Positions 1 to 13,022 of a stretch of DNA of 53,957 nt are shown here, piece by piece. The stretch comes from Octopus bimaculoides (taxonomy: Eukaryota). The stretch lies in contig NC_068991.1 in the NCBI RefSeq assembly GCF_001194135.2, forward strand, positions 2,107,560-2,161,516. The letters run 5' to 3'. Position 1 is the first letter of the stretch, and every line of letters starts with the position of its first letter. Position numbers and translations under genes: made by a program. The notes beneath the pieces are model-generated. The model did not search any database, was not told the DNA's origin, and was given only the letters and a program-made list of their open reading frames with translations.

Positions 1-340
1 TATATATATATACATGTATACATTCATACATATATGAATACAAACACATACATACATACATACATACATACATAACTAGTACAAAATTAACATTTTCAAA
101 AATGTGTGTATGTATACATTTATCCATGCACATTATAAAACACGTATGTACATTCAATGTTTTATATACACACTTAAATACACATTAATAAAAGGACCAC
201 TTACTCACCTATTTCCACGCAGCTAACACACCTGTCGTTTAATGTTCAGGTGTGTTAGCAATGCGTTGTTATCAGAATCTTCATCAGAAGCTCAAGTCGT
301 GTCGGGTTCCTCTCCATCTCTCAACGTTGACAACGATGAA

Positions 341-662
<322 letters not shown>

Positions 663-1079
663 TGTTACTTGTTTACTTATGCTTCAAAAACTCTGCGGAT
701 AACTCTTGCAGTTCCAAGCGATGGTGATTTTTGTAGGTGTTCTATCTCTACGTCTTCAATCTTGCAAAAAGAGTGAAGACAGTGACTTTAAAGTTTTGGC
801 CTTCCGATGAAGGCCAGCAGACCGAAACTTCGAAGTCATTCTCATCACTCTTTTCGTAAAAGTGTAACAAATGTGTGATTGTGTTCTCCCAAAACGTTTT
901 ACTCCACTTGGCTCCCTTGCCATACACACACGGACACACCAAGAGTAAAAGAGCTTCCACTCACTTCAAAATAGGCCACAATCCCCTTTACACTTCTCAC
1001 CCTCATTTCACAAACAATGCGTTTCGGAGCTAATCCTTATCATCATCAAAGCCTTCTTTCTTTTTCTCTTTCTTCTCAA

Positions 1080-1119
1080 TTTTTCTTTCTCTCTCTTCTC
1101 TCTCTTCTCTCTCTTCTCT

Positions 1120-1161
<42 letters not shown>

Positions 1162-1358
1162 CTTTCTTTCTTTCTTTCGATCTTTGCAAACACGTTCCAA
1201 TCTGTCCCATACCTAAAACACCAGAGACAAGCAGAAAGACAGATATACAAGTAGACAAGAGGACACGAAAACAAGAGGACACGCAGACAGACTTAAAGAC
1301 AGGCAGTCAGGCAAGAAAATAGTGAGACAGCCAAAGAGACAGACAGACTGAAAGCTGA

Positions 1359-1389
<31 letters not shown>

Positions 1390-1600
1390 CACAGAGAAGT
1401 AGACAAACAGACAGATAGTCGGTGAGAAAGATAAACAAATAGACAAACAGGCTGACAGGCTGACAAACACACAAACAGAAGAATAGACAAACCGATGACC
1501 GGACGGTCAGTCAAACAGACAGACAGACAGGCTCGCAGACAGACAGACAGGCAGGAAGGCAAGCAGACTGGCAGATGGAAAGATAGACAGACAGAAATAG
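1080..1600. repeat. (CT)n-rich tract followed by degenerate (CAGA)n satellite
   Basis: Directly visible. Confidence 0.95.
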
Positions 1601-1936
1601 ATAAAAATCTTAGACCAGCAAAACTATTTTCATATTGAGGTAGAATATGATTTATGAAATGAAATACATCTAGATTTACACCATAAAAACAGTAGGGACG
1701 GGTATATGAGAGGCTGAGAGTGGGTAGACGTGGAGGGGGAGGTGTAGATAAAGAGTGGCTTATAAGGGAGGGAGGGGTGTGGAAGTGAAATTGAGTGACT
1801 AGGGATGGTGAGACAGAGAGATAGAGAGAAAGGGATATAATTTTCTCATATTTGCTACATTTTCATAAATATGTCTGTCAAAACGAGAAATCTTTGTGTG
1901 CGGGTGTGCGGGGTGTCTATTTATAAACAGGTGTGT

Positions 1937-1973
<37 letters not shown>

Positions 1974-2015
1974 TGTTGTATATGTGTGTGTGCGTGTTGT
2001 GTATGTGTGTGTTTG

Positions 2016-2056
<41 letters not shown>

Positions 2057-2076
2057 TGTATATGTGTGTATGTGTG

Positions 2077-2157
<81 letters not shown>

Positions 2158-2184
2158 GAGTGTTGTGTGTGTATGTGGGTGTGT

Positions 2185-2516
2185 AGTGGAGGCGTGTAAC
2201 TTAGTGGTTATGGAGTTGCACTCATGATCGTAAGACTGTGGTTTCGATTCCTGGACCGGGCGATGTTCTTGAACACTGCGTTTCATGCTGCCCCAGTCCA
2301 CTCAGCTGCCAAAACTGAGGAATGCTGGGACGGACCGACGACCCTCCCAGCGAGTGAGAAATAGTGAGAAATGCACCACGGAATCCTTGTCACACTCTGG
2401 ATCACACTTAATCTCCCCGAGAACTACGCTAAGGGTACACATGTTTGTGGAGTACTCAGCACGTTAATTTCACGAGTAGGCTGTTCCCTTCTTTGGATCA
2501 ACTGGAACCCTCGTCG
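2185..2516 (+). mobile_element. tRNA-derived SINE
   Basis: Head ggaggcgtgtaacttagtggtt...gtttcgattcc carries A-box and B-box-like motifs and is related to the copy at 12163. Confidence 0.65.
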
Positions 2517-3000
2517 NNNNNNNNNNNNNNNNNNNNNNNNNNNNNNNNNNNNNNNNNNNNNNNNNNNNNNNNNNNNNNNNNNNNNNNNNNNNNNNNNNNN
2601 NNNNNNNNNNNNNNNNNNNNNNNNNNNNNNNNNNNNNNNNNNNNNNNNNNNNNNNNNNNNNNNNNNNNNNNNNNNNNNNNNNNNNNNNNNNNNNNNNNNN
2701 NNNNNNNNNNNNNNNNNNNNNNNNNNNNNNNNNNNNNNNNNNNNNNNNNNNNNNNNNNNNNNNNNNNNNNNNNNNNNNNNNNNNNNNNNNNNNNNNNNNA
2801 TATATTACAAATTAAAAGGGTAAAGGTTTATCAATTTATTAATTTATTAATAAATCAACAATTAATAATTTTTACCAAGCCCTTCGGTATGTAAGCACCA
2901 TTATCGGTGGAGAACTTATTTAAAAGTTCATATATATTTATAAACATAATTAAGGGATCAGCAAATATTTGCTTCACCACATACCGAAGTTCAGAAATAG

Positions 3001-3098
3001 CAGCTAAAAAAGCTGACACTCCAATAGATAGCATTACTTGTAACTCACAAAGGCAAAACAAGTAATGATATCTGTTGGAGTCTCAGCTTTTTTAGCTG
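3001..3098. repeat. 41-bp inverted repeat with a 16-nt loop
   Basis: 38 of 41 positions complementary between 3001-3041 and 3058-3098. Confidence 0.92.
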
Positions 3099-3329
3099 TT
3101 TATATATATATATATATATATATATAAAAACATACCGTTGTGAGTGTATGAATATACGTAAGTGTTTGAATGTGTGTATGTAGTCAGATGGTAAATATCT
3201 TTTCATATTCAATATTTATGTCGACAGAAAAAGGCATATCACCCAAGCTGGTTTCAATTTGGTTATGGTATTTCATCAGGGACTGTGTTATCCTCTTTAT
3301 GCAATAATATTGATTCAATAGGGTACTCA

Positions 3330-3525
3330 GCCGCTAATCTAAAGCATTCCAGCCTTGAAGAACCCTTAGTCGGCCCCTATCCAGCGAACGAATTATCAAT
3401 GACGTTCCATTCGATACCGCTACGTCAATTCCACGTCTGAACAATAATCGAAGGTATTTCTCTATCCGTCTTCCATTCAGAGTTCGTGTATTTAGGGCTA
3501 TATTATCCATCGAGTCCCTCATTTC
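3330..3525 (-). mobile_element. Possible N-terminal fragment of a LINE APE endonuclease
   Basis: IALNTRTLN...RRGIDVAVSNGT resembles the N.RTL...IDI.A.SET start of APE domains. Short and weak. Confidence 0.35.
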
Positions 3526-3927
3526 TAAGTCTGTAAATTAAAAGTCAAGGGGAGTTTAGTTCTTATTTCTAGCAAATCGACAAACCCCGTAGAGGCACTG
3601 TAGTTAGCCAGTCTTCGTACAGGTTTTCGCTATATATAGATATCAACCCACAGAAGTTCAATTTGAATATCAACCATGAAGGACCTATAAATGTCATGGG
3701 TACCGCCCTTAGTCTCCTTCTCATACTAACCCCCTCTTTATAACACGACTAATTAATTTAAACAATTAATAATGTCTGTGCATTATTAAATATGTAAGTG
3801 CGTCGGCCTTGCGGTATTTAACGGTTCTTTACAGTCTGACTTTAAATCCCGTTGAGGTCGACGTTGCTTTTTATCCTTCCGGGGTCGACAAAAATAAAGT
3901 ACCAGTCAAACTTCTATCCTTGTGCTA

Positions 3928-3958
<31 letters not shown>

Positions 3959-4626
3959 GTTATTATTATTATTATTATTATTAAGGCGGCGAGCTGGCAG
4001 AATCTTCATCGCGCTGGACGAAATGCTTAGCGGTATTTCGCCCATTGGTACGTTATGAGTTCAAATTCGTATAACATTTATATTATGGAATCCACTCATT
4101 GATCATTCGAAACAGCTGTAAAGTTTGATTTGATTATGTCATGTAAATTTATATGCAACTTTTCATATACATACATTCCTTAAGACTGCTATTGTTTATA
4201 TATCTTTTATTTTCAAATACCATGGTGATTCATACGATAATGTATCTAACTTAAAGGAGTCAGATAAAAGGGCTGCGAGTTCTCCTTAAAACTATAACAA
4301 ATTATGTTGTACTATAGACAGTTCGTTCACTTCACTGTTTTATCATTTTGCTGGAGTTGATGTATGTTTTTTACCTGATCTCCCTAGAGAAATTTTAAAC
4401 ACACGGGAAATTTAGAATTTGGGTTTTTTTGTTTTTTTTTCTGCAAGGCTTAAGAATAACTAGATGGTCTGTACACTATGAAACATACCAGGTAATTAAA
4501 AATGGCTGCACAAGTATTTTACAGACTCACGAAAACTTTTTGTTTTCGTTGATACAGTTACATATATGAGCCGTTCATCTTTCTCATCTAGATTCCAAAA
4601 TTGCTATCTCAGTCCATCGACATATT

Positions 4627-4683
<57 letters not shown>

Positions 4684-5064
4684 ACTCTCCAATTTTTATT
4701 CTACAACTAAAACTTTGTATAACCCATGCTTCACTCTGAATTTTTTCTTTTATAAACGAATAACTTTATCAACAAATTGATTACCCACACATCGCATGTC
4801 TTTCTGGAGCCTCTTACTACTCTAAATATATATTTAACCACCTGTAACAAATTGCCATTCGTTTGAAAAACATATAGAACAAAAACATTCGGCCATCTGT
4901 CACGAATCATTTACCCCCCCCCACACACACACACGCACACACTCACATATACGTACATACATGCATATATATGTTTACAAAGTCATATATATATATTATA
5001 TATGTACAGTATATATATATTTATGTATACATATATACATATACACATGTATCTATGTGTCCGT

Positions 5065-5134
<70 letters not shown>

Positions 5135-6617
5135 GCGTGGGGGGTGTTTGCATGTGTGTGTCTGTCTGTCCGTCCCTCTGGATGTGTGTTTGCAATGTAT
5201 AATGTAATGAAATACGGTGCGACAATACTCGCCGCTTCAGGAGACACATATCAACAGCTCAATCACCACCACCACCATCACCATCATCATCACAACGAAG
5301 ACGGCCACCATCACCGTCAGCACAACCTCCATCATCATCATCAACACCCACAACCACCACCACCACCACCACCATCGCGACAGCCACTACCACTATCCCC
5401 GATCTACATGAAACCCCACACAGTCTACTGGCCCCCTTATCTGATTCTAGGATCAGTTCGAAACTATGAACCCTATATAAGATTTGACCCCAAACAATAT
5501 CAATATGGAGAAATTCACCTCTTCGCCGCCACCACCGCCACCGCCACCTACATCACTAGTATTAATTATTGGACAGGTGACGTAGAATAGCTTCGGTTGG
5601 ATGGTGGTGGTGGTGATGCTGCTGCTGCTGCTGGTACTGGTGAGGGGAGGGATGTAGTAACCCTACAACAGTACAGACCACCTACACACACACCCACCTT
5701 CTCTGATTGCTATATTATCTACACGGGTCAAAACAGCGCCATGCTTGACTAATTACCAATCTATCATAACGTCTGACTGCGTAAGTAGGTAGGTAGGTAG
5801 GTAGGTAGGTAGGTAGGTAGGTAGGTAGGTACGAAGGAAGGAAGGAAGGAAGGAAGGAAGGAAGGAAGGAATGTAGGTAGTTAGGTATTAATGTATGCAT
5901 TATATATGTATCCCATTATCTATTGATGTANNNNNNNNNNNNNNNNNNNNNNNNNNNNNNNNNNNNNNNNNNNNNNNNNNNNNNNNNNNNNNNNNNNNNN
6001 NNNNNNNNNNNNNNNNNNNNNNNNNNNNNNNNNNNNNNNNNNNNNNNNNNNNNNNNNNNNNNNNNNNNNNNNNNNNNNNNNNNNNNNNNNNNNNNNNNNN
6101 NNNNNNNNNNNNNNNNNNNNNNNNNNNNNNNNNNNNNNNNNNNNNNNNNNNNNNNNNNNNNNNNNNNNNNNNNNNNNNNNNNNNNNNNNNNNNNNNNNNN
6201 NNNNNNNNNNNNNNNNNNNNNNNNNNNNNNNNNNNNNNNNNNNNNNNNNNNNNNNNNNNNNNNNNNNNNNNNNNNNNNNNNNNNNNNNNNNNNNNNNNNN
6301 NNNNNNNNNNNNNNNNNNNNNNNNNNNNNNNNNNNNNNNNNNNNNNNNNNNNNNNNNNNNNNNNNNNNNNNNNNNNNNNNNNNNNNNNNNNNNNNNNNNN
6401 NNNNNNNNNNNNNNNNNNNNNNNNNNNNNNNNNNNNNNNNNNNNNNNNNNNNNNNNNNNNNNNNNNNNNNNNNNNNNNNNNNNNNNNNNNNNNNNNNNNN
6501 NNNNNNNNNNNNNNNNNNNNNNNNNNNNNNNNNNNNNNNNNNNNNNNNNNNNNNNNNNNNNNNNNNNNNNNNNNNNNNNNNNNNNNNNNNNNNNNNNNNN
6601 NNNNNNNNNNNNNNNNN

Positions 6618-6684
<67 letters not shown>

Positions 6685-7060
6685 GTGTACTGTTGCGTGA
6701 TGGTAAGGTCGACAAAAGAAAGTACTCCATCTGATGATAGATAAATATTATTTAATAACCACAATATATGTTTCTGTTCTACCGTCGTATTTTTAGCAGG
6801 CTAAGCTATGTGGGTAGTGTCTGAAGATTGCGATGATGCAGTAAATCTGTTACCGTCTGGCATACTCTCATCGCATGAAACTAATAGTAACACATGAAAA
6901 CATATAGTGTTTATGAAATAATTATGTGTATGTGTGCGTGCGTGTGTGTGTGTGTATGTATATATGAATGTATGTATGTATCTATGTATTTATGTACGTT
7001 AACGTACGTTATATTAGATTGACGGATTACTGAATAATTTTGGTAGAAGAATAGGGTTGA

Positions 7061-7103
7061 CTGTGACTTAGAAGTTTCGGCCAGCCAAGCCATCATCAGA
7101 CTG
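7061..7103 (-). ncRNA. Candidate minimal type I hammerhead ribozyme
   Basis: cagt-CUGAUGA-u-GGC(uuggcug)GCC-GAAAC-uucuaa-GUC-acag: intact core, 3-4 bp stem II, GUC cleavage triplet. Stem I has one mismatch. Confidence 0.55.
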
Positions 7104-7383
7104 AAATTTATACATATATGTATACCAAGACGCACATATTTAATGGAAGTTGTGGTTTTGGTGGTGAAGGTGGTGATGGCAGTGTTGACGATGATGGCGA
7201 AGATGGCGGTGATGGTGGTGATGGCGGTGCAGCGTCGATGGAAGCAAGAGCGCTTTGTTATCGTACAATGGTATTTACACGCACTTATACGGACGCACAC
7301 ACACATCTGTGTGTGTATGCGCTTGTAAGTGTGCGTGCGACGTGTGTTAGTGTGTAGTAGTAGTAGCAGTAGTGGTGGTGGTG

Positions 7384-7429
<46 letters not shown>

Positions 7430-7558
7430 ACATAATTCGACATTAACTCCGACCTTTTAACAGCAATTACTCAATTCGGAATTCCGAGACTGGAATCTTG
7501 TTGTTGTTGTTGTTGCTGTTAATGATGATGATGATGATGTCGTTGTTGTTTGTACTAC

Positions 7559-7597
<39 letters not shown>

Positions 7598-9071
7598 NNN
7601 NNNNNNNNNNNNNNNNNNNNNNNNNNNNNNNNNNNNNNNNNNNNNNNNNNNNNNNNNNNNNNNNNNNNNNNNNNNNNNNNNNNNNNNNNNNNNNNNNNNN
7701 NNNNNNNNNNNNNNNNNNNNNNNNNNNNNNNNNNNNNNNNNNNNNNNNNNNNNNNNNNNNNNNNNNNNNNNNNNNNNNNNNNNNNNNNNNNNNNNNNNNN
7801 NNNNNNNNNNNNNNNNNNNNNNNNNNNNNNNNNNNNNNNNNNNNNNNNNNNNNNNNNNNNNNNNNNNNNNNNNNNNNNNNNNNNNNNNNNNNNNNNNNNN
7901 NNNNNNNNNNNNNNNNNNNNNNNNNNNNNNNNNNNNNNNNNNNNNNNNNNNNNNNNNNNNNNNNNNNNNNNNNNNNNNNNNNNNNNNNNNNNNNNNNNNN
8001 NNNNNNNNNNNNNNNNNNNNNNNNNNNNNNNNNNNNNNNNNNNNNNNNNNNNNNNNNNNNNNNNNNNNNNNNNNNNNNNNNNNNNNNNNNNNNNNNNNNN
8101 NNNNNNNNNNNNNNNNNNNNNNNNNNNNNNNNNNNNNNNNNNNNNNNNNNNTAATATGTTTAGTGATCATGGCCATCGAGAGATTTTCTGATGAAAGATA
8201 AAAACCCGAAACGTTTGATTTGATCTTCCTTGTGGCAAGTGAACTATTCTATTGCGATGTCAGATAAATTCGTTCGCTTTTTGGGCTTTTTTTTTCTCTG
8301 CTTGGTATTTTTATTAGATGACTAAATGCATTCAACATACCTTCAGATTGTCGTTCGGTGGTGACGGAGAGATTTGACTGCTATTTCTAGCAAAGCAAAT
8401 GACATGTAGAGATTCCATTGTTAAGGGAATCTATACTTGGTCTTGTAGTGGTTTAATTCCAGCACCACCACTACCATCACCATCTTGGTCATCTCTGATT
8501 CAGGTGACCCTGTAACATGACAACGTCACATATAGTTGTGATACACGTGCCATTGATTAAGTGACGAAATGAAAACGCCACGGTGGAGGGAACGGCCATC
8601 TTGGATTTTCGCAATTTTTTTTCTATTGCAGTTGAAAAATTCGGTAATGGAGGAGCGAGAATTCTATATAGAGACACAAAAGGTATTAACAATACGTGTA
8701 TGTGTATGTATGTGTGTATGTGTGTGTGTGTGTGTGTGCGTGCGTGACTGTGTTTTGTTTTCGATAAGAGCGTTAGTATATGTAATTTATATGGAATTGA
8801 AGTCACTATATTGCATGTGTGTATATCAATGTAATTTCAGTAAATTTCTATATCTTTGTGCAGCTGAGGATTGCTCTGCAATTTGCATTTGATGTAATGT
8901 TCACATTGCTTAAATAAATGGAGTTGCATGAAACGATCGTACTGCATTAACTTTGGATATCCTTGTTGCTTATTTTGACTTTAATCACCTTATTTTGGAA
9001 TTGTATGGATAATACCATACTTAATTCTGGTGCCTAAACTTAAGTACCATATTTACCTTGAATCTATATAT

Positions 9072-9104
<33 letters not shown>

Positions 9105-10037
9105 TATATATGCAAACATTCTCAACCAAAACTATATGTGAACATATATAGAAGAATGTGTGTGTGTGTGTGAGTGTGTGTGTGTGCATGTGTGTGTGTG
9201 TGTGTGTTATGGCATACTTTNNNNNNNNNNNNNNNNNNNNNNNNNNNNNNNNNNNNNNNNNNNNNNNNNNNNNNNNNNNNNNNNNNNNNNNNNNNNNNNN
9301 NNNNNNNNNNNNNNNNNNNNNNNNNNNNNNNNNNNNNNNNNNNNNNNNNNNNNNNNNNNNNNNNNNNNNNNNNNNNNNNNNNNNNNNNNNNNNNNNNNNN
9401 NNNNNNNNNNNNNNNNNNNNNNNNNNNNNNNNNNNNNNNNNNNNNNNNNNNNNNNNNNNNNNNNNNNNNNNNNNNNNNNNNNNNNNNNNNNNNNNNNNNN
9501 NNNNNNNNNNNNNNNNNNNNNNNNNNNNNNNNNNNNNNNNNNNNNNNNNNNNNNNNNNNNNNNNNNNNNNNNNNNNNNNNNNNNNNNNNNNNNNNNNNNN
9601 NNNNNNNNNNNNNNNNNNNNNNNNNNNNNNNNNNNNNNNNNNNNNNNNNNNNNNNNNNNNNNNNNNNNNNNNNNNNNNNNNNNNNNNNNNNNNNNNNNNN
9701 NNNNNNNNNNNNNNNNNNNNNNNNNNNNNNNNNNNNNNNNNNNNNNNNNNNNNNNNNNNNNNNNNNNNNNNNNNNNNNNNNNNNNNNNNNNNNNNNNNNN
9801 NNNNNNNNNNNNNNNNNNNNNNNNNNNNNNNNNNNNNNNNNNNNNNNNNNNNNNNNNNNNNNNNNNNNNNNNNNNNNNNNNNNNNNNNNNNNNNNNNNNN
9901 NNNNNNNNNNNNNNNNNNNNNNNNNNNNNNNNNNNNNNNNNNNNNNNNNNNNNNNNNNNNNNNNNNNNNNNNNNNNNNNNNNNNNNNNNNNNNNNNNNNN
10001 NNNNNNNNNNNNNNNNNNNNNNNNNNNNNNNNNNNNN

Positions 10038-10103
<66 letters not shown>

Positions 10104-10104
10104 C

Positions 10105-10152
<48 letters not shown>

Positions 10153-10269
10153 GCGTGTGTGTATGTCTGCGTGGAAGAATAAAAATATACACCCTAAAAT
10201 ATAACATCCAGGACAGTAGAATACCAACCTAAAATTCCATTCTTGTTTGGAATCATAGTTGCATTCTAC

Positions 10270-10742
10270 CCAACACCCTTAGTTATCACCACCACCACCA
10301 CTACCACCACCCTTACAACACCCCCTGTATCCCCTTTTTCCTTAGTAAATTCCAACTCTACAATATACCCCCTCCTCCCCTGCCTCCACCACCCTTAAGT
10401 ACCCCCAAAAGTATATAGCCCCCTATTCCCTACCCTCTTAACAATATATCAAACCCCACCCTTGTACCCTGTACACTATATTACCACCACCACCTTGTGC
10501 CACCCTACGCTTCACCAAACCCTTGACACCACAGTATCCCCTTCTAACAGCGTTATCTCTGATGCCGGCACCATTTTAACGCCATCTTCACCACCACCAC
10601 TACATCGCACTCTGCTAACAACACCGCCATTACAATTGCTACTACTACTACTGCCACTATCATTACTACTACGATAACGACTACTACTACTACTATTAGT
10701 TCTACTACCACTACTACTACTACCACTACTGCCACTACTACA

Positions 10743-10780
<38 letters not shown>

Positions 10781-11120
10781 CATCTCCACTACTAATGCCA
10801 CCATCACCACCATCACCACAAGCATCAGCAGTTCTAACACCGGCCCCCACCATTACCACCACAACCACTGCCAATACCATCATCACCCCACCACCAATAC
10901 TTCGAAATCACTATCACCGCCACTACCACGCCACCATCACCAGCGTCACCACTTCCACCAACGCCATTACTGCTACTACAACCATCGCCGCCATAGTTAT
11001 TACTACCTCCACCACCACCACCACCACCACCATCATTTATCTTCACCACACGACCACCACTGCTACCACAATCAGCATCCATATCACCGCCTCTACCACC
11101 CCCACAAGTAACACTACCAN
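10270..11120. repeat. Degenerate (ACC)/(ACT)/(ATC) trinucleotide low-complexity tract
   Basis: Triplet simplicity running into an N-gap, with similar tracts at 5260-5640, 7150-7600 and 28790-28920. Confidence 0.9.
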
Positions 11121-11834
11121 NNNNNNNNNNNNNNNNNNNNNNNNNNNNNNNNNNNNNNNNNNNNNNNNNNNNNNNNNNNNNNNNNNNNNNNNNNNNNNNN
11201 NNNNNNNNNNNNNNNNNNNNNNNNNNNNNNNNNNNNNNNNNNNNNNNNNNNNNNNNNNNNNNNNNNNNNNNNNNNNNNNNNNNNNNNNNNNNNNNNNNNN
11301 NNNNNNNNNNNNNNNNNNNNNNNNNNNNNNNNNNNNNNNNNNNNNNNNNNNNNNNNNNNNNNNNNNNNNNNNNNNNNNNNNNNNNNNNNNNNNNNNNNNN
11401 NNNNNNNNNNNNNNNNNNNNNNNNNNNNNNNNNNNNNNNNNNNNNNNNNNNNNNNNNNNNNNNNNNNNNNNNNNNNNNNNNNNNNNNNNNNNNNNNNNNN
11501 NNNNNNNNNNNNNNNNNNNNNNNNNNNNNNNNNNNNNNNNNNNNNNNNNNNNNNNNNNNNNNNNNNNNNNGTGGTGCTGGTGGTGGCGGTGGTGGTGGTG
11601 ATGGTGGTGGATATAACAGCCATGACCATTCATGTTATTTACTTTTCAGGACTTCATTAACCATGTGACCTTTGTACGATTTGAGGAGGTTTAGCTATTA
11701 TTTCTAACTGATCGAATAACTATATGTTTTCATTATTACTACAATACGTCTCTCCAATATGCATCGTATTACTGGTATATACATACATTGCTATTGAATA
11801 TATTTATAATAACAACAAATTATTGATACGTGCA

Positions 11835-12056
11835 TAGGACGGGATGTCCAAAAGATCCTGTCTTTGGATAAAAGAAAATACAGGAGGATCAATTAATTAT
11901 GATTTTATCCAACATATTCCCCCTCTCAGATTCACACGCTTATTGCAACAATCCTTCAGTTTTTCTAAGTCCTGTAAAAGAAATCGAAAGGTTGGGCCTC
12001 CAACCAGGCCTTTCGCGATACTCCGAAAGCTATGAACTTTTCGGCGCTCCCTCGTA
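11835..12056 (-). mobile_element. Mariner-derived miniature element (MITE-like)
   Basis: One end reads tacgagggagcgccgaaaagttc (typical mariner terminal repeat); the other end is a degenerate copy (taggacgggatgtccaaaagatcc). The interior resembles a transposase C-terminus (C-N-K-R-V-N-L-R-G). Confidence 0.55.
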
Positions 12057-12162
12057 TCTGTCTATATTTTATATATATGTACAATTATAAAATTGAGATT
12101 CACTCGTGCCTATGAGGCACCCATATAGCAATTTGAATAATACATATTACTATATACCTATG

Positions 12163-12465
12163 TGGAGGCGCATGGCTTAGTGTTTGAGCAGCGGACTCGC
12201 GATCGAAGGATCGGGGATTCGAATCTCAGACCGAGCGATGTATATGTTTATGAGCTGAACACCTAGGCTCCACTCGGCTCGGGCAGAAGGTAATGGCGAA
12301 TTTCTGCTGACTCTTTCGCCACAACTTTCTCTTACTCTTTCCTCCTGCATCTAGCAGCTCACCTGCGACGGACCGGCGTGACGTCCAGGTGAGGAACCAA
12401 TACGCCAATAAAACCGGGAAACCGCCCCTCATGATCCAGGCATGGCTCGAGAAGGAACAAGCAAC
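12163..12465 (+). mobile_element. tRNA-derived SINE
   Basis: ggaggcgcatggcttagtg...gattcgaatc head followed by a unique body; TA-rich flanks. Confidence 0.7.
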
Positions 12466-12977
12466 AACTATATACATATGGAAAGACCTGTATGTTCAAT
12501 AGTTACGAACACAAATACACGAGAGAGACGACTGGTAAAACCGTATCCGGAAAATTCGCCGAAAGATAAAGCGTATATCTTTTCTACTCTAGTCACAAGG
12601 CCCGAAATTTTGGGGATGGGTCAGTCGATTAAATTGACCCCAGCACGCAACTAGTACTTAAGTTATCGACTCCGATAGGAGTTACAAGTTGGTGTCAACA
12701 TTTCTTCAGGACACTAGCGGGGAACCTGTCAGGGCCTACAGCAGAATGGTATTTGATCACATTTACTGCTGCTTTGATGTCTGAAGCAGTAAAGGTTATG
12801 TCAGAGCTTATGTGTTGAGGAACGACTTCGTTCGCATCCTTTATGTCAATAGTAGTGGGGTCACAAAACACGTAGAGAACTTAAATCGAGTTTAAGAGAT
12901 ACTTCAAGATTACAATTTATCACGTTTGTGTCTGGCGAATTATCCGAAATTGTGATATTCATGTGTGCGTGTGTGTT

Positions 12978-13022
<45 letters not shown>

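Noticed and set aside
3241-3286. Another hammerhead-like motif on the minus strand (CUGAUGA...GAAAC cagcuugg GUG)
   Set aside because: The cleavage position is G, stem II is weak AU-only pairing and stem I does not pair.
5144-5590. Poly-His/poly-Pro ORF resembling a transcription-factor linker
   Set aside because: Built from (CAC/CAT)n simple repeats next to other microsatellites, with no recognisable domain.
10462-11633. Thr/His/Ser-rich mucin-like ORFs
   Set aside because: Degenerate triplet repeat open on both strands, with no signal peptide or convincing splice context.
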